A stretch of 57,295 nucleotides of DNA from an uncultured Anaerolineaceae bacterium (GCA_964482355.1 CAYZXF010000335.1:1-57295), one strand, 5' to 3'; positions 1 to 8,942 are shown, counted from the first letter of the stretch. Notes: generated by a model from the letters alone, not told the origin. Program-made: numbers and translations.

Positions 1-141
1 AAGTGGAACAGTCCAAAACCCATTGCTTGCTTCACCTAAACCGTATTGCACTGAAACATCAACACTCCCCTCCTCACCTACCATTTTAGAAAGCAAAGCA
101 CCATTGGCGAAAGTGGCATTGGTTACTCTACATTCTATATC
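1..141. repeat. Terminal overlap, copy 1 (identical to 57155-57295)
   Basis: Bases 1-141 match 57155-57295 base for base (compared by eye). This pattern is typical of a circular contig written with an assembler overlap, or of terminal redundancy. Confidence 0.95.
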
Positions 142-912
142 TCCTTCATGTGAACCCCCGTAAGTTCCCACTGTTTCGTTGTGCAGCTTATTCACTCGGA
201 TATACGTCAGAGAGCTTTCAACAGCCGTCGTCCCGTTCATCGAAATTACTTCATCTTGGTCAACACCAGTTGCCGACAGGCCATGTATCTCAACGCTTCT
301 ACAACCCAGGCCTGCTGATGTGTCTGCTGCATTTGAACTTTGTACTTTTATTTTTGCTGCTGTGGTTTGCCAGTTTATATCCCCGCCACCAGGGTATATA
401 TCCTCATAAGCTGTATCAACGTCATCATTGTGTCCAAAAAAGAAGAACGATCTTCCGCCCGGTATATGCTTACGGGCAAAATCCAAGTCAATTTCAGCAA
501 CCTGTCTTGTAGGAGTTGCATCAACTGTAGATTGTGGCTGTCCACCTCTGGTTATAAGAACGGGAGAAGCAGATGGATGGAAAATACACTGTAGTCTGAA
601 TAATGATTGCGCTGCACTACCATTTGTATAAACAACCCTAAAGAATTTAGCGGCTGGTTTTAAGGCGTGAACCTGGAATGTTTTTGCTCCCAAGTCGCCT
701 ACAAGCTGAACGTCCCAATTTGAATTATCTTGTGAAAACTGTATTGAAAGTCCACTTGCTGCGGCAGCGACATCCGATTTATATATTATCGAAACGGAGG
801 CATATTTTGATACGTCCTCTCCAACACCTGTAAAAACAGCATCCCCGGCCAGAGTATCCGTTGTGCTGTTGACGGTGCTGACCACCCCAAGTAATTCAAA
901 TCCTCTGCTCAT
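1..912 (-). CDS. Virion-module protein, 5' part of a ~403-aa ORF that wraps the window ends
   Basis: ATG at 912 (complement of cat 910-912). The frame stays open to base 1 and continues through the overlap into 57154->56855 (912 nt and 300 nt, both divisible by 3). My translation: MSRGFELLGVVSTVNSTTDTLAGDAVF...GLSIQFSQDNSNWDVQLVGD... It is absent from the ORF track because it runs off the edge. The virion role is inferred from position only. Confidence 0.65.
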   Translation of the reverse strand, partial: MSRGFELLGVVSTVNSTTDTLAGDAVFTGVGEDVSKYASVSIIYKSDVAAAASGLSIQFSQDNSNWDVQLVGDLGAKTFQVHALKPAAKFFRVVYTNGSAAQSLFRLQCIFHPSASPVLITRGGQPQSTVDATPTRQVAEIDLDFARKHIPGGRSFFFFGHNDDVDTAYEDIYPGGGDINWQTTAAKIKVQSSNAADTSAGLGCRSVEIHGLSATGVDQDEVISMNGTTAVESSLTYIRVNKLHNETVGTYGGSHEGDIECRVTNATFANGALLSKMVGEEGSVDVSVQYGLGEASNGFWTVPL

Positions 913-950
913 CAGTACCAACCATCTATTTTTGTGCTAGCATAAACCAC

Positions 951-1460
951 ATGAAAAGACACGATATCACTGGGCGTCGATACGGTAGGCTTACCGTCAA
1001 AGAGTTTTCGCATAACGCTACCAAGCGTAATTTTTGGCTCTGTGTTTGTGACTGCGGGAAGGCACATACTGCATGGATTTCTCACCTTAATAACGGCCAT
1101 ATTCAAAGTTGCGGGTGTCTTTCCCGCGAGCGACTTCTTGAAAATGCGACAACGCACGGCATGTACGAATCTGTTGAATACAAAACATGGTCCGGAATGA
1201 AGCAAAGATGCAGCAATCAAAATCAGGCTGGCTTTAAAAATTATGGGGGCAGAGGAATTACAGTATGCAAACGGTGGCTGAACTCGTTTGAGAATTTTTA
1301 TGCCGACATGGGGGATAAACCATCTCCTGAACTCACAATTGAGCGCATTAATAATAACAAGGGGTATTCTCCAAGCAATTGCAAGTGGGCTACCCGTAGC
1401 GAACAAAACAGCAACAGGCGCAAATATAAGAGAAAACGTAAAGCTGTTCTTGTAACCTAA
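951..1460 (+). CDS. Free-standing HNH/AP2-type homing-endonuclease-like protein
   Basis: 169 aa on the opposite strand to all neighbours. GRRYGRLTV...YGGRGITVCKRW...IERINNNKGYSPSNCKWATRSEQNSN fits the common phage HNH-like endonuclease pattern. Its TAA overlaps the fibre-gene TAG (ctaa, 1457-1460). Confidence 0.65.
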   Translation: MKRHDITGRRYGRLTVKEFSHNATKRNFWLCVCDCGKAHTAWISHLNNGHIQSCGCLSRERLLENATTHGMYESVEYKTWSGMKQRCSNQNQAGFKNYGGRGITVCKRWLNSFENFYADMGDKPSPELTIERINNNKGYSPSNCKWATRSEQNSNRRKYKRKRKAVLVT

Positions 1461-2092
1461 TACCATCCGTCAGTTCCTTCGTACTCAATGTCCAGTGTCT
1501 CGCCATCGCGCAACGTGAAATTCGTGTTCGCGCCGATCAGATGCTCCGAACCATCAGGTGCCAGTGTTAAATCATTTCCCGATGAACCCGAATTGATGAT
1601 CTTGAAAGAGCGGCCTTGAACACCCGCAGGGAGTGTTGCAGTGAAAGCACCGCCGTCAGTGTTGCCAAATATGACCTCATCATCGTCGAGAATGGTGTAC
1701 GTCCCGGTGACTCTGGTTGTGTTCTTAGTGCTTGCGGTGAACTCAATGGCGCTTACACCAATCGTAATGGGGTTGGCGCTTGAGACTTGGTAGTACGGAT
1801 TGCTCCCAGCATTCACCGCTGTCACCGTAACTAACGTCCCCCTCGTGACGTCCCGATTGCCGTCGAAGTCAGCGGCTCGACCCCAGGCTGAGGTCTCGAC
1901 ATCGTAGATGCCGTTTTCAATTGGATTGGTCTGATCCTTGACCAGCACACGATCACCAGCGACCACTGCTATGCCATTGACCGTTTGTTGGCCGGACAGC
2001 GTCAGATTGGTGTTGCTAACGGCAATACACGGTGCCTTGATAGCAAGGGCTGCAATAAAGCTATCCACACGATATTTCTTGCTCGCAACCAT
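1457..2092 (-). CDS. Short tail-fibre-like protein (shared anchor and C-terminal modules, no beta-helix)
   Basis: 211 aa. The N-terminal ~125 aa (LAIKAPCIAVSNTNLTLSGQQTVNGIAVVAGDRVLVKDQTNPIENGIYDV..WGRAADFDGNRDVTRGT) are paralogous to the N-terminus of 40761-42773. The last ~55 aa are also alignable to that protein. Confidence 0.7.
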   Translation of the reverse strand: MVASKKYRVDSFIAALAIKAPCIAVSNTNLTLSGQQTVNGIAVVAGDRVLVKDQTNPIENGIYDVETSAWGRAADFDGNRDVTRGTLVTVTAVNAGSNPYYQVSSANPITIGVSAIEFTASTKNTTRVTGTYTILDDDEVIFGNTDGGAFTATLPAGVQGRSFKIINSGSSGNDLTLAPDGSEHLIGANTNFTLRDGETLDIEYEGTDGWY

Positions 2093-2517
2093 CAGGCGCC
2101 CATGCCGGAATAATCCGACACCACCGATGTCACCGCATTGATATAGCTCGCGGTGACGGCCGCCTTGCCTTCTCGTGTGGCCGCTTCAGCACGAAAGATC
2201 AAGCCCTCGGCGTCATTTTGACCCGACCATAGGCGCGACAGGATGCGGTATTCACCCTCGGCGTTAAGGTCACCGAACAATGCCACCAATCCCGCGTCCG
2301 AGGTATTGCCGGTTTGTGCCGCGGCCAAGGCTAGGGCGCGCGAGTACATAAATTCCTTCTTGCGATCTTCTTCGGCCATCTCGCGCGTTGCCGCGGCCAT
2401 GCGACGGTTTTTCGCCTCACGATAGGCCTCGGCCTCACGATCCTTGAGCTTTTTGATCTGCGCGCCCTTGTAGAGCTGGCCTAAGCCCTTGACAGCGATG
2501 ACCGCTAAGTCAGCCAT
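2092..2517 (-). CDS. Hypothetical virion-module protein
   Basis: 141-aa ORF with a 1-nt stop/start overlap with the downstream fibre gene. It has an Ala/Arg/Glu-rich helical N-half. I recognise no motif. Confidence 0.55.
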   Translation of the reverse strand: MADLAVIAVKGLGQLYKGAQIKKLKDREAEAYREAKNRRMAAATREMAEEDRKKEFMYSRALALAAAQTGNTSDAGLVALFGDLNAEGEYRILSRLWSGQNDAEGLIFRAEAATREGKAAVTASYINAVTSVVSDYSGMGA

Positions 2518-2954
2518 GCGTACACATCTCCTTGTAAGTGCGTCCAGCCGAGGCGATGCAACAATCTACAGCCCTCGGCATGCTCGGCAATCGCGACCAC
2601 CGGGCCACGATATTCATCGCAAAAGCGCATGCTTGCCTTGATTACTCGGCAGATTGTGATGGATCGCAGATACGGCTGCAACTTAGGATCGAAATCGCAG
2701 AAAAGTTTACCCACCTCAGATTCGCGAACGACACCGATAAGACCCACCACTTCACCGTCCATTTCGACCGCCATCGCCTTCAGTGTGGTAGCAGATGGCG
2801 CACCGTAAAAGTCAACGATGTCCTGCGCTCTGGCCAGTCGCGTCGTTATCGTTGCTGGAGCTTCTCGAGTGATTCGAACTCCGCAATCGCTGCCAGAACC
2901 GTGGCCGGTCTCGGTGCTGCTGCTTGTATGCATATTCTTGAATCCGTGTCCCAT
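2505..2954 (-). CDS. Hypothetical protein, tentatively GNAT-fold-like
   Basis: 149-aa ORF. The true start is uncertain because the first ~36 codons overlap the end of 2846-5572. The core AVEMDGEVVGLIGVV...VVAIAEHAEGCRLLHRLGWTH resembles the strand/helix order of GNAT acetyltransferases, but no clear Q/RxxGxG/A motif is visible. Confidence 0.4.
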   Translation of the reverse strand: MGHGFKNMHTSSSTETGHGSGSDCGVRITREAPATITTRLARAQDIVDFYGAPSATTLKAMAVEMDGEVVGLIGVVRESEVGKLFCDFDPKLQPYLRSITICRVIKASMRFCDEYRGPVVAIAEHAEGCRLLHRLGWTHLQGDVYAWLT

Positions 2955-5572
2955 TCCCCGCCGAAGGGGAAATTGTCCTCGTGGTAGCTGGCATGAATGG
3001 TATCTGCAGCCGTTACCTGGCTCTCCTCCACTAGCGGCAAATCCGACAGGTTCGAAAAATCAGGACCGTACTGCAACCCCTGATAGTGCAGATTTTCCGC
3101 AATGAAGCCAAGCCGGTTGACCTTCTTACGCTCGAGAAGCCCGATGCCGTTTATCTCGCCGAGCTTGGTGGATTTGAACTGTGCCGTGTAACCCAGCCCG
3201 GCAACCACCTTAGACGCGGCTGTAGCCAAAGGATTTGTCAGTGCACCCGCCGCCGTCACGGTATCCGTGCCCACGTCCTTACCATCAGCCCAAATGACAA
3301 CTGTTTCACCGCGCAGATGAATAAGCTCCGTGGTAAATGGCGTGGTCGTCGCCGTGGAATCGTAGAGCGCAAAGGAATCGGCTATTTTATTGAGCTGGCC
3401 ACCAATGGCCTCAGATTCCAATGCCCACTTGACAATATGCCGCTCGGTGAGCGAGTTGATCGTTCGTTTGACGACGTAATAAACCTGATCCTCGACCACA
3501 CCTGGCAGTATCGCCACGTCCTCAATCAGTCCTGTCGCGCCCGGGCTGGTAATCTCTATCCAGCAAATGACATTTTCCAGACGATCGTATACCAGCATGC
3601 CAAGCGTGCCATCGCTGCGCACACAGTGAATGCGCACATCAGGCTTCATCTGCACCGCAATCTGTACAATGCCTATGGTGTTGAAATCTGGCGCAAAAAT
3701 ACTCAGATCAAGCGACTGGTAATCCTGCTGATCGAGGTTATAGAGCAGCTCGTACAGGCGCTGCTTGCTGCGATCGACGAACACGGCCTTGGAGCTGATC
3801 GTTTTGATATTGAAATTCGTCGGCGAGAGCGGTTCATCGAAGGAATTGGAACGCGCGCCTAATGGACGGTTGCCATCCATTTTTGCGGCAGCGACGTTAG
3901 CTGAATTGTCTGCCGTACCAAACAGTAACCGTCCCATCGATATCAGCCAATGAATAACCCTGATGGGCCCGGAGCCGATAGACCTTGAGATCGGGGCGGC
4001 ATCGCCCACAAAATTATCATCAAAACTCTCATATCGATCCGAGATCGAGCCCCAAATATTGTCTCTGCCAGCCCACCACAAGCGTCCTTCATGAATAGTG
4101 GTCGAAGTAGGCCAGCCGCGGCGATCCGACCACTCACCCTCCCACCAGTCCTTGCTGGCAGTGATGGCACCAAAGTCTTTCAATACCTGAGCGGTGACCA
4201 CCGTTGAACTGGTAAATGCGATAACTCTCGCTACGCCTTGAATCGAACCGCCCGTGTAATTCAGGCCAACGGTCGCTGTGCCGGAGGTGTAATCGCCGGT
4301 TTTAATGCCAATGCGATAAAAGATAATTTGATCGTCTTGGCCATCATTCAGGTTTGTCGACACGGGTGCCGTCCAGGTTAAACCCTGATCATTCCAGGGA
4401 CCATCGTCGGCGAATGCAAACTGCAAGGTGACGGTTGCGACAAAGGTGCCTGAGATAGTGATACCAAAATTGCGCGCATCGCCCTTGCCAATAACGCGAA
4501 TTGCATCGCTAAAGTCATCGGCCCCGGAAATCGCTTTGGTTACAGTCTGGCCTTGGGAGGCAATACGCCAGATCGATCGATTGTCGGCGTGCTCCTGCCT
4601 GAATATGCCCTCGCTGGCCGTCAAGGTAATATCACCGATCAGGGCAGATGGCACCAGCGTTATTCCAGAGACATTTTGCACCCTGAAGGGTCCGTCCTCG
4701 GGCAGGTAGTCGACCACTGACCAGGACGTGCCATCGCCACGACGCTCTACCTTCTGCGTCCTGACACCATCGGCGGCAAAGTACATCACATCGGCCGATT
4801 GATCCCATCGCAAGTTGTCGCGATCGGCTGCCGATGCCCATGGCGTTATCAGTGACAGACTGCTGGTGGCGTTTTGCATGATGCACTGCGTCACGCGCAC
4901 GTTGAATTCACGTTCATTGGCAAACTCAACGGTGAAATTTGCGCCCGGTGTGAAACTTAACGAGTGCTCGCCCCGGTCCAGTCTGACCTCAGCGATATAA
5001 TCGTCATCGCCTGCGGTAGAGCCAACCTTGAATCTGACCGGACCATCGACTACTCGTACTAACACCCGATGTTGCTTGTTCTGATCGCCGCCTGCGACCG
5101 CGACGGTCTGGCGCAAAATGCCAAAATCGGTGCCATCGCCTTTCATGCCGGCATAACCGCCAACCAGCCAGGTAACGGAACCGCCCGTTTGCGAAGCATC
5201 CGTCCAACTGCTGATGTCGGAGCCAAAACCAGTATTGAGGAGCTGTGAGGCCGGCGCATCTGTTGTGGTGACGATATGCAAATCGGTCAACGGATCGATG
5301 ATTAACATAATGCTCGCGGTCAATTCCAGCAAGGCTTGATCATCGACGCCAAAGGTAAACGGCACCAGCCGGCCACGGTTGTTAACGCCATTATTCAGGA
5401 AGTCTACAAATTTGTTGCCAGGCCTGAGCATCATCGAGCCCAACACCCGCGGTATCCAGTTGGTCTGGGTCTCAGCCGACATCGCCATGCGCGCGATATC
5501 GATGCGCGCCAGACCGCGCGAGGAAATTATTCCACGGTTAAAAGCTAAAAGCAGTTTGTTGCCGATGGCCAT
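2846..5572 (-). CDS. Tail tubular protein B / nozzle-like protein (T7 gp12-like by synteny)
   Basis: 908 aa. Its ATG overlaps the TAA of the gp11-like gene at 5572. The N-terminus MAIGNKLLLAFNRGIISSRGLARIDIARMAMSAETQTNWIPRVLGSMMLRPG, the size and the position all fit podovirus tail tube B proteins. Confidence 0.6.
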   Translation of the reverse strand: MAIGNKLLLAFNRGIISSRGLARIDIARMAMSAETQTNWIPRVLGSMMLRPGNKFVDFLNNGVNNRGRLVPFTFGVDDQALLELTASIMLIIDPLTDLHIVTTTDAPASQLLNTGFGSDISSWTDASQTGGSVTWLVGGYAGMKGDGTDFGILRQTVAVAGGDQNKQHRVLVRVVDGPVRFKVGSTAGDDDYIAEVRLDRGEHSLSFTPGANFTVEFANEREFNVRVTQCIMQNATSSLSLITPWASAADRDNLRWDQSADVMYFAADGVRTQKVERRGDGTSWSVVDYLPEDGPFRVQNVSGITLVPSALIGDITLTASEGIFRQEHADNRSIWRIASQGQTVTKAISGADDFSDAIRVIGKGDARNFGITISGTFVATVTLQFAFADDGPWNDQGLTWTAPVSTNLNDGQDDQIIFYRIGIKTGDYTSGTATVGLNYTGGSIQGVARVIAFTSSTVVTAQVLKDFGAITASKDWWEGEWSDRRGWPTSTTIHEGRLWWAGRDNIWGSISDRYESFDDNFVGDAAPISRSIGSGPIRVIHWLISMGRLLFGTADNSANVAAAKMDGNRPLGARSNSFDEPLSPTNFNIKTISSKAVFVDRSKQRLYELLYNLDQQDYQSLDLSIFAPDFNTIGIVQIAVQMKPDVRIHCVRSDGTLGMLVYDRLENVICWIEITSPGATGLIEDVAILPGVVEDQVYYVVKRTINSLTERHIVKWALESEAIGGQLNKIADSFALYDSTATTTPFTTELIHLRGETVVIWADGKDVGTDTVTAAGALTNPLATAASKVVAGLGYTAQFKSTKLGEINGIGLLERKKVNRLGFIAENLHYQGLQYGPDFSNLSDLPLVEESQVTAADTIHASYHEDNFPFGGEWDTDSRICIQAAAPRPATVLAAIAEFESLEKLQQR

Positions 5573-6219
5573 TAGCCGATCAGTTGACTACGATTGCCCC
5601 GATCGCGCCGCCCGGTACGAAATCCGCGCCGCGCCTTTGACCAGCCGCCCTCTGGCGGGAAGGCTGCTGGCGATTCCATGGCATCGGTCGCTTTGGCTTT
5701 CAAGAGCATGCGGTCCATTTTTTTCTCGAGCGAATCGATGCTGATATTAAGCCCCACCAGACGCGGCGCCACTTTATATCCTAAATAGTGCTCCACGTAC
5801 TCAGCGAAATTCGCCGGCCACAACGAGAAATCGCCGCCGAACTGAATGTCATTGGAGACATACTGAAAATAGATGACCTCGGTATCGCAGAACAGCCAGG
5901 CCGACTCATCCGAATACGCGGTAATCGGCACGTTGAAGCGGTCGTCGTAAGCCACTTGCATGGTGCGAATGAAATCGGTCGGTTTATCGAAGGCAAACTG
6001 ATAACCGAAGGATGGCGTGGTGGACGTTGAGGCCTGTAACTCCACCGAGCGTGCCGCGAAATTCCATTGCCCGTGCTGCAACACCCGGTCGATCAGGTTG
6101 TTGTCATAAACGTCATCTAGCTTGAAGCGCGGCTCACGATTTTCCGTGATATTAGCCAACTTGCGCTCGCCAACCACTGTCAAAGCGCCGTTGTAGAGAG
6201 AAAGTTTTGAGACGGACAT
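5572..6219 (-). CDS. Tail tubular protein A / adaptor-like protein (T7 gp11-like)
   Basis: 215 aa. The N-terminal LSLYNGALTVVGERKLANITENREPRFKLDDVY...GQWNFAARS pattern is typical of gp11-type adaptors. The gene immediately precedes the 908-aa gene. Confidence 0.65.
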   Translation of the reverse strand: MSVSKLSLYNGALTVVGERKLANITENREPRFKLDDVYDNNLIDRVLQHGQWNFAARSVELQASTSTTPSFGYQFAFDKPTDFIRTMQVAYDDRFNVPITAYSDESAWLFCDTEVIYFQYVSNDIQFGGDFSLWPANFAEYVEHYLGYKVAPRLVGLNISIDSLEKKMDRMLLKAKATDAMESPAAFPPEGGWSKARRGFRTGRRDRGNRSQLIG

Positions 6220-6284
6220 TATTTTGCTCTCCTTTACTTACTCCAGCCAGCGCGTCCCTGCGCTCGTGTTCAGTCCTTGATCGA

Positions 6285-6800
6285 CTATCGGTTCACTGCT
6301 GCCTGATGATTCTTGGCATAGCGTCGAGCAAGGTCCTCGGTTTCGAATCCGTCCTTGAGCGGAGCACCGTCGCGAAGCACACGCCATTTGTGATGACTGC
6401 CGGCATGCTCAACTTTGTATCGAGAAGGCACAGAAACAGGCGGCGTCGAGGGCTTGAGATCATAGAGCACCTTTTTCACGAGATGCACAAATAAGTGCTC
6501 TGAACCCGTAACGTGCAACACCAGCTCCCAGGCCATGTCATCAGGCCGCACGATAATCTCATCGCCGGGCTTGATCATGCGCGCGACATTGGCCCAGTAG
6601 CCACCATCAAGGATTTGCTCAACTGTCGTGCCCTTCTCGCACGTCACCATCCAGGGATTGCGAACCTCGGCGGCTAACTGAAAGCGCGATTGGGTGATCG
6701 GGTTGGCCTTTACAAAAGGCTTCTCGGGTATTTTTGCAGCATCCGTGCCAGTGTCAGGAGCGTCTTGCTCCTCGGGTAATTTTTCTGCTGCTTCCGACAT
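6285..6800 (-). CDS. Hypothetical protein (first gene after the moron in the late direction)
   Basis: 171-aa ORF with an acidic N-terminus. I recognise no motif. Its position is between the capsid and tail-tube genes. Confidence 0.55.
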   Translation of the reverse strand: MSEAAEKLPEEQDAPDTGTDAAKIPEKPFVKANPITQSRFQLAAEVRNPWMVTCEKGTTVEQILDGGYWANVARMIKPGDEIIVRPDDMAWELVLHVTGSEHLFVHLVKKVLYDLKPSTPPVSVPSRYKVEHAGSHHKWRVLRDGAPLKDGFETEDLARRYAKNHQAAVNR

Positions 6801-7007
6801 TTAGGTTCTCCAAAACAAGAAATGGGCCAGCCCTTATGAACTCGCCCAGCATTGTCGCGCAAAGTGAACCATTACGCCAATATCATATGGCTGTTCGCAA
6901 TTGGACATCTTAGGAAACTCAGTGATTCCTGAATATGATTGCATTCCTTTGCCGTTGCACTAAGCTAATCAGTATAGATTGCATTTTGTCAATCTTGGGA
7001 GAACATC

Positions 7008-7718
7008 ATGAAACACATCCTATGGCTGGCACTCCTACTGCCAAGTATTGCATTCCCCGGACCATTCACAAAAGCCTTCTGCGACGCTAATCCGTCAGAT
7101 GGTATCTGTGTTGGCTTCAATCTGGATCGGGCAGAAGTCGATGCAAATGAGGCTGCTATAGCGGATCACGAAGTTCGTATCGTTACGCTGGAAGATGCAC
7201 CCGAACCTCCAGTTGAGCCATTCGTCGCGAGACTTGGAGCGGCCGATTCCGTTGGCACGGTTTTCAATAGCTTCATTCAAGCCAGCGGCCCAGAGGACGT
7301 TAAAACAGATTTTACTATCTTTGTTCGGCAGCCAGATGGGACATTCGCTACTGTTGGCATTGAGGCCAGTAAGGGCGGTCATTGGGGAACCGGCAATCTT
7401 AGGTATTCAGGATCAGGCTGCACTGGCACGGCATATTACATCGCTGCTTGGAGTTTTAGTTCATTAGGTGGCGATGAAGGCTCGATTGTTATCAGCGCAC
7501 AGGTTGGCTTCGATGGCATTCCTTACGCTTTCAGCATAGGCCCGTTGTTTTCGGCAACTGTGGCCTCTAAGTCGGTGCCTGGACATCCGATAACGGCACC
7601 AGTTTGCAGTGATTTCTCACCTTTTGTGCAAACTGGTTTGAGATTTGCGATACCAGTTCAAGGGCTACCAGCGGTTGTAATGCCGCCTTCGGTTGCTGCG
7701 ATACAGTTGAGTACATAG
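7008..7718 (+). CDS. Secreted protein of unknown function (moron)
   Basis: 236 aa with an ATG preceded by GGGAGA. The N-terminus MKHILWLALLLPSIAFPGP looks like a Sec signal peptide. It is the only plus-strand gene inside the late block, its flanks are visibly AT-richer, and a hairpin follows. Confidence 0.65.
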   Translation: MKHILWLALLLPSIAFPGPFTKAFCDANPSDGICVGFNLDRAEVDANEAAIADHEVRIVTLEDAPEPPVEPFVARLGAADSVGTVFNSFIQASGPEDVKTDFTIFVRQPDGTFATVGIEASKGGHWGTGNLRYSGSGCTGTAYYIAAWSFSSLGGDEGSIVISAQVGFDGIPYAFSIGPLFSATVASKSVPGHPITAPVCSDFSPFVQTGLRFAIPVQGLPAVVMPPSVAAIQLST

Positions 7719-7724
7719 GAAGCG

Positions 7725-7739
7725 TGTGACTTAGTCACA
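7725..7739. repeat. Palindrome TGTGAC-TTA-GTCACA (weak relative of the 19-bp palindrome)
   Basis: Read directly. It has the same GTGAC-N3-GTCAC architecture as the three exact 19-mers and lies just after the moron stop codon. Confidence 0.3.
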
Positions 7740-7746
7740 TAGGAAA

Positions 7747-7773
7747 GGGGCCGACCCAAAATGAGCCGGCCCC
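7747..7773. terminator. Hairpin between convergent genes (candidate bidirectional terminator)
   Basis: GGGGCCG-N13-CGGCCCC. On the minus strand it is followed by CTTTCC, on the plus strand by TGCATTGTT. It sits between the 7008-7718(+) and 7798-8076(-) stops. The U-tracts are weak. Confidence 0.4.
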
Positions 7774-7797
7774 TGCATTGTTACCGAAACGAAACCC

Positions 7798-8076
7798 TTA
7801 TGCCAACTGGATCATCGTAACGTCGCCATTGGCGGCCACTACCGTCACGAGACACAGATCCATCGACGCAAGATCATCAATGACAATGACGGTATCGTTG
7901 AGTTGTAGACCCTTATCGCCTCCATCGTCAATGTAACCGGCAGCGATGATCGTAGCCACAGCATCGGCCGCAGAACGATACGACCACAGAGCTGTAGTCG
8001 CGCCGGCATCAGCAGAATCCTCGCCCGTACCGAGGCGCGGAATCATGACAACTAGATTTTTAGTCAAATATGCCAT
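7798..8076 (-). CDS. Hypothetical small protein downstream of the capsid gene
   Basis: 92-aa ORF lying 11 nt after the capsid stop. A head-associated role is only a positional guess. Confidence 0.55.
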   Translation of the reverse strand: MAYLTKNLVVMIPRLGTGEDSADAGATTALWSYRSAADAVATIIAAGYIDDGGDKGLQLNDTVIVIDDLASMDLCLVTVVAANGDVTMIQLA

Positions 8077-8087
8077 CTCAGACCTCC

Positions 8088-8942
8088 TTATACGCCAACC
8101 AGAGAGCTGCCGTCATGGTTGATAACCACGACACCGCTATTCTGGAGCAGTTGTGAGCCCATGTAAATCGAGCAACGCGCCCAGGAATAATCCTGTTCCT
8201 CATCGTAGCCCGCCCGAGCCTCCAGATCGTCCGCGTTATAGGCATGGCCTATCGAGGATTTGTGGAAGCAAAAACATTTCTCTGCATTGGTGCCAACACC
8301 CGGCAGATTCGGATGCACGACCCACATCATGTTCAGCCACATATACGAAATTGGCTTGTCGCGCCAGGCCGGGTCCGCGTAGCGGGTCGGGCCGCCGTCG
8401 ATGTATTCGCGAGAGCCAAATTCCTTGACCTGCATCATGAACGCCTCATAAGCCGGCGTCACCAACATGCAGATGTTTGAATCCCACGGTACTTCAGCAA
8501 CACCGAGAATGGTTTTGGCGCGCAGGGTAAGACCCAGATCCGCCGTCACCGCTGACGTACCGGCCGTGACTGTGGCCGTGTTCAGTTCGGTGATGATGTC
8601 CTGATCGATCTTACGATTGATGACGCCCATGCAGGTCTGCTGCATGATCGCGCGCTGATTGCCTTGCGAAGCGAAGATGTTGAAATCTGTCTTTCGAACC
8701 AGATCGTGCCACTCGACCAGCGTTGCAACCGGCTGGCTGAGGTTATCGCCGCGTGCCGGAATGAGACCGTTTACGCCACGAGTTTTAGCGGTAGCACCGC
8801 CAGAATCAGCTACCAGAAAGGTCGCCTGATTGCCCTTGATGACCGCTTCTGTGGTCACAAAAGAGCGCAACAGGGACTGGAGCTGCTCGAACCCGGCAAT
8901 GAATTCCTGCCGGTATTGAATTTGGAACGCTGTCTCGGCCAC
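8088..8942 (-). CDS. Major capsid protein (by synteny)
   Basis: 284 aa with a GTG start at 8942 preceded by GGGAGA and a 6-nt spacer. It follows the portal-scaffold order. The N-terminus is MAETAFQIQYRQEFIAGFEQLQS.... The family cannot be named without a search. Confidence 0.7.
   Translation of the reverse strand: MAETAFQIQYRQEFIAGFEQLQSLLRSFVTTEAVIKGNQATFLVADSGGATAKTRGVNGLIPARGDNLSQPVATLVEWHDLVRKTDFNIFASQGNQRAIMQQTCMGVINRKIDQDIITELNTATVTAGTSAVTADLGLTLRAKTILGVAEVPWDSNICMLVTPAYEAFMMQVKEFGSREYIDGGPTRYADPAWRDKPISYMWLNMMWVVHPNLPGVGTNAEKCFCFHKSSIGHAYNADDLEARAGYDEEQDYSWARCSIYMGSQLLQNSGVVVINHDGSSLVGV

Noticed and set aside
1-141. 141-bp end repeat as a genuine T7-like direct terminal repeat
   Set aside because: The repeat falls in the middle of a continuous reading frame, and it has the look of a fixed-length assembler overlap. 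True termini cannot be inferred from the sequence alone.
150-631. Four overlapping plus-strand ORFs (67-120 aa) at the left end of the window
   Set aside because: They lie antisense to the long minus-strand frame that runs 912->1 and joins 57154->56855. Their products are low-complexity (Leu/Cys/Pro/Ser-rich), and no SD or operon context supports them.
912-1466. 184-aa minus-strand ORF covering the HNH gene
   Set aside because: It is antisense to a well-motif-supported HNH-like ORF (951-1460) and its own sequence has no protein-like features. Only its last few codons (…DGWY-stop) are interesting, as a possible relic (see findings).
6339-6350. GGTTTCGAATCC, resembling a tRNA T-arm/T-loop
   Set aside because: It has an extra T relative to the GGTTCGAATCC consensus. 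No acceptor, D or anticodon arms can be folded around it, and it sits in-frame inside the 6285-6800 CDS (…DGFETED…). I found no tRNA anywhere else in the window.
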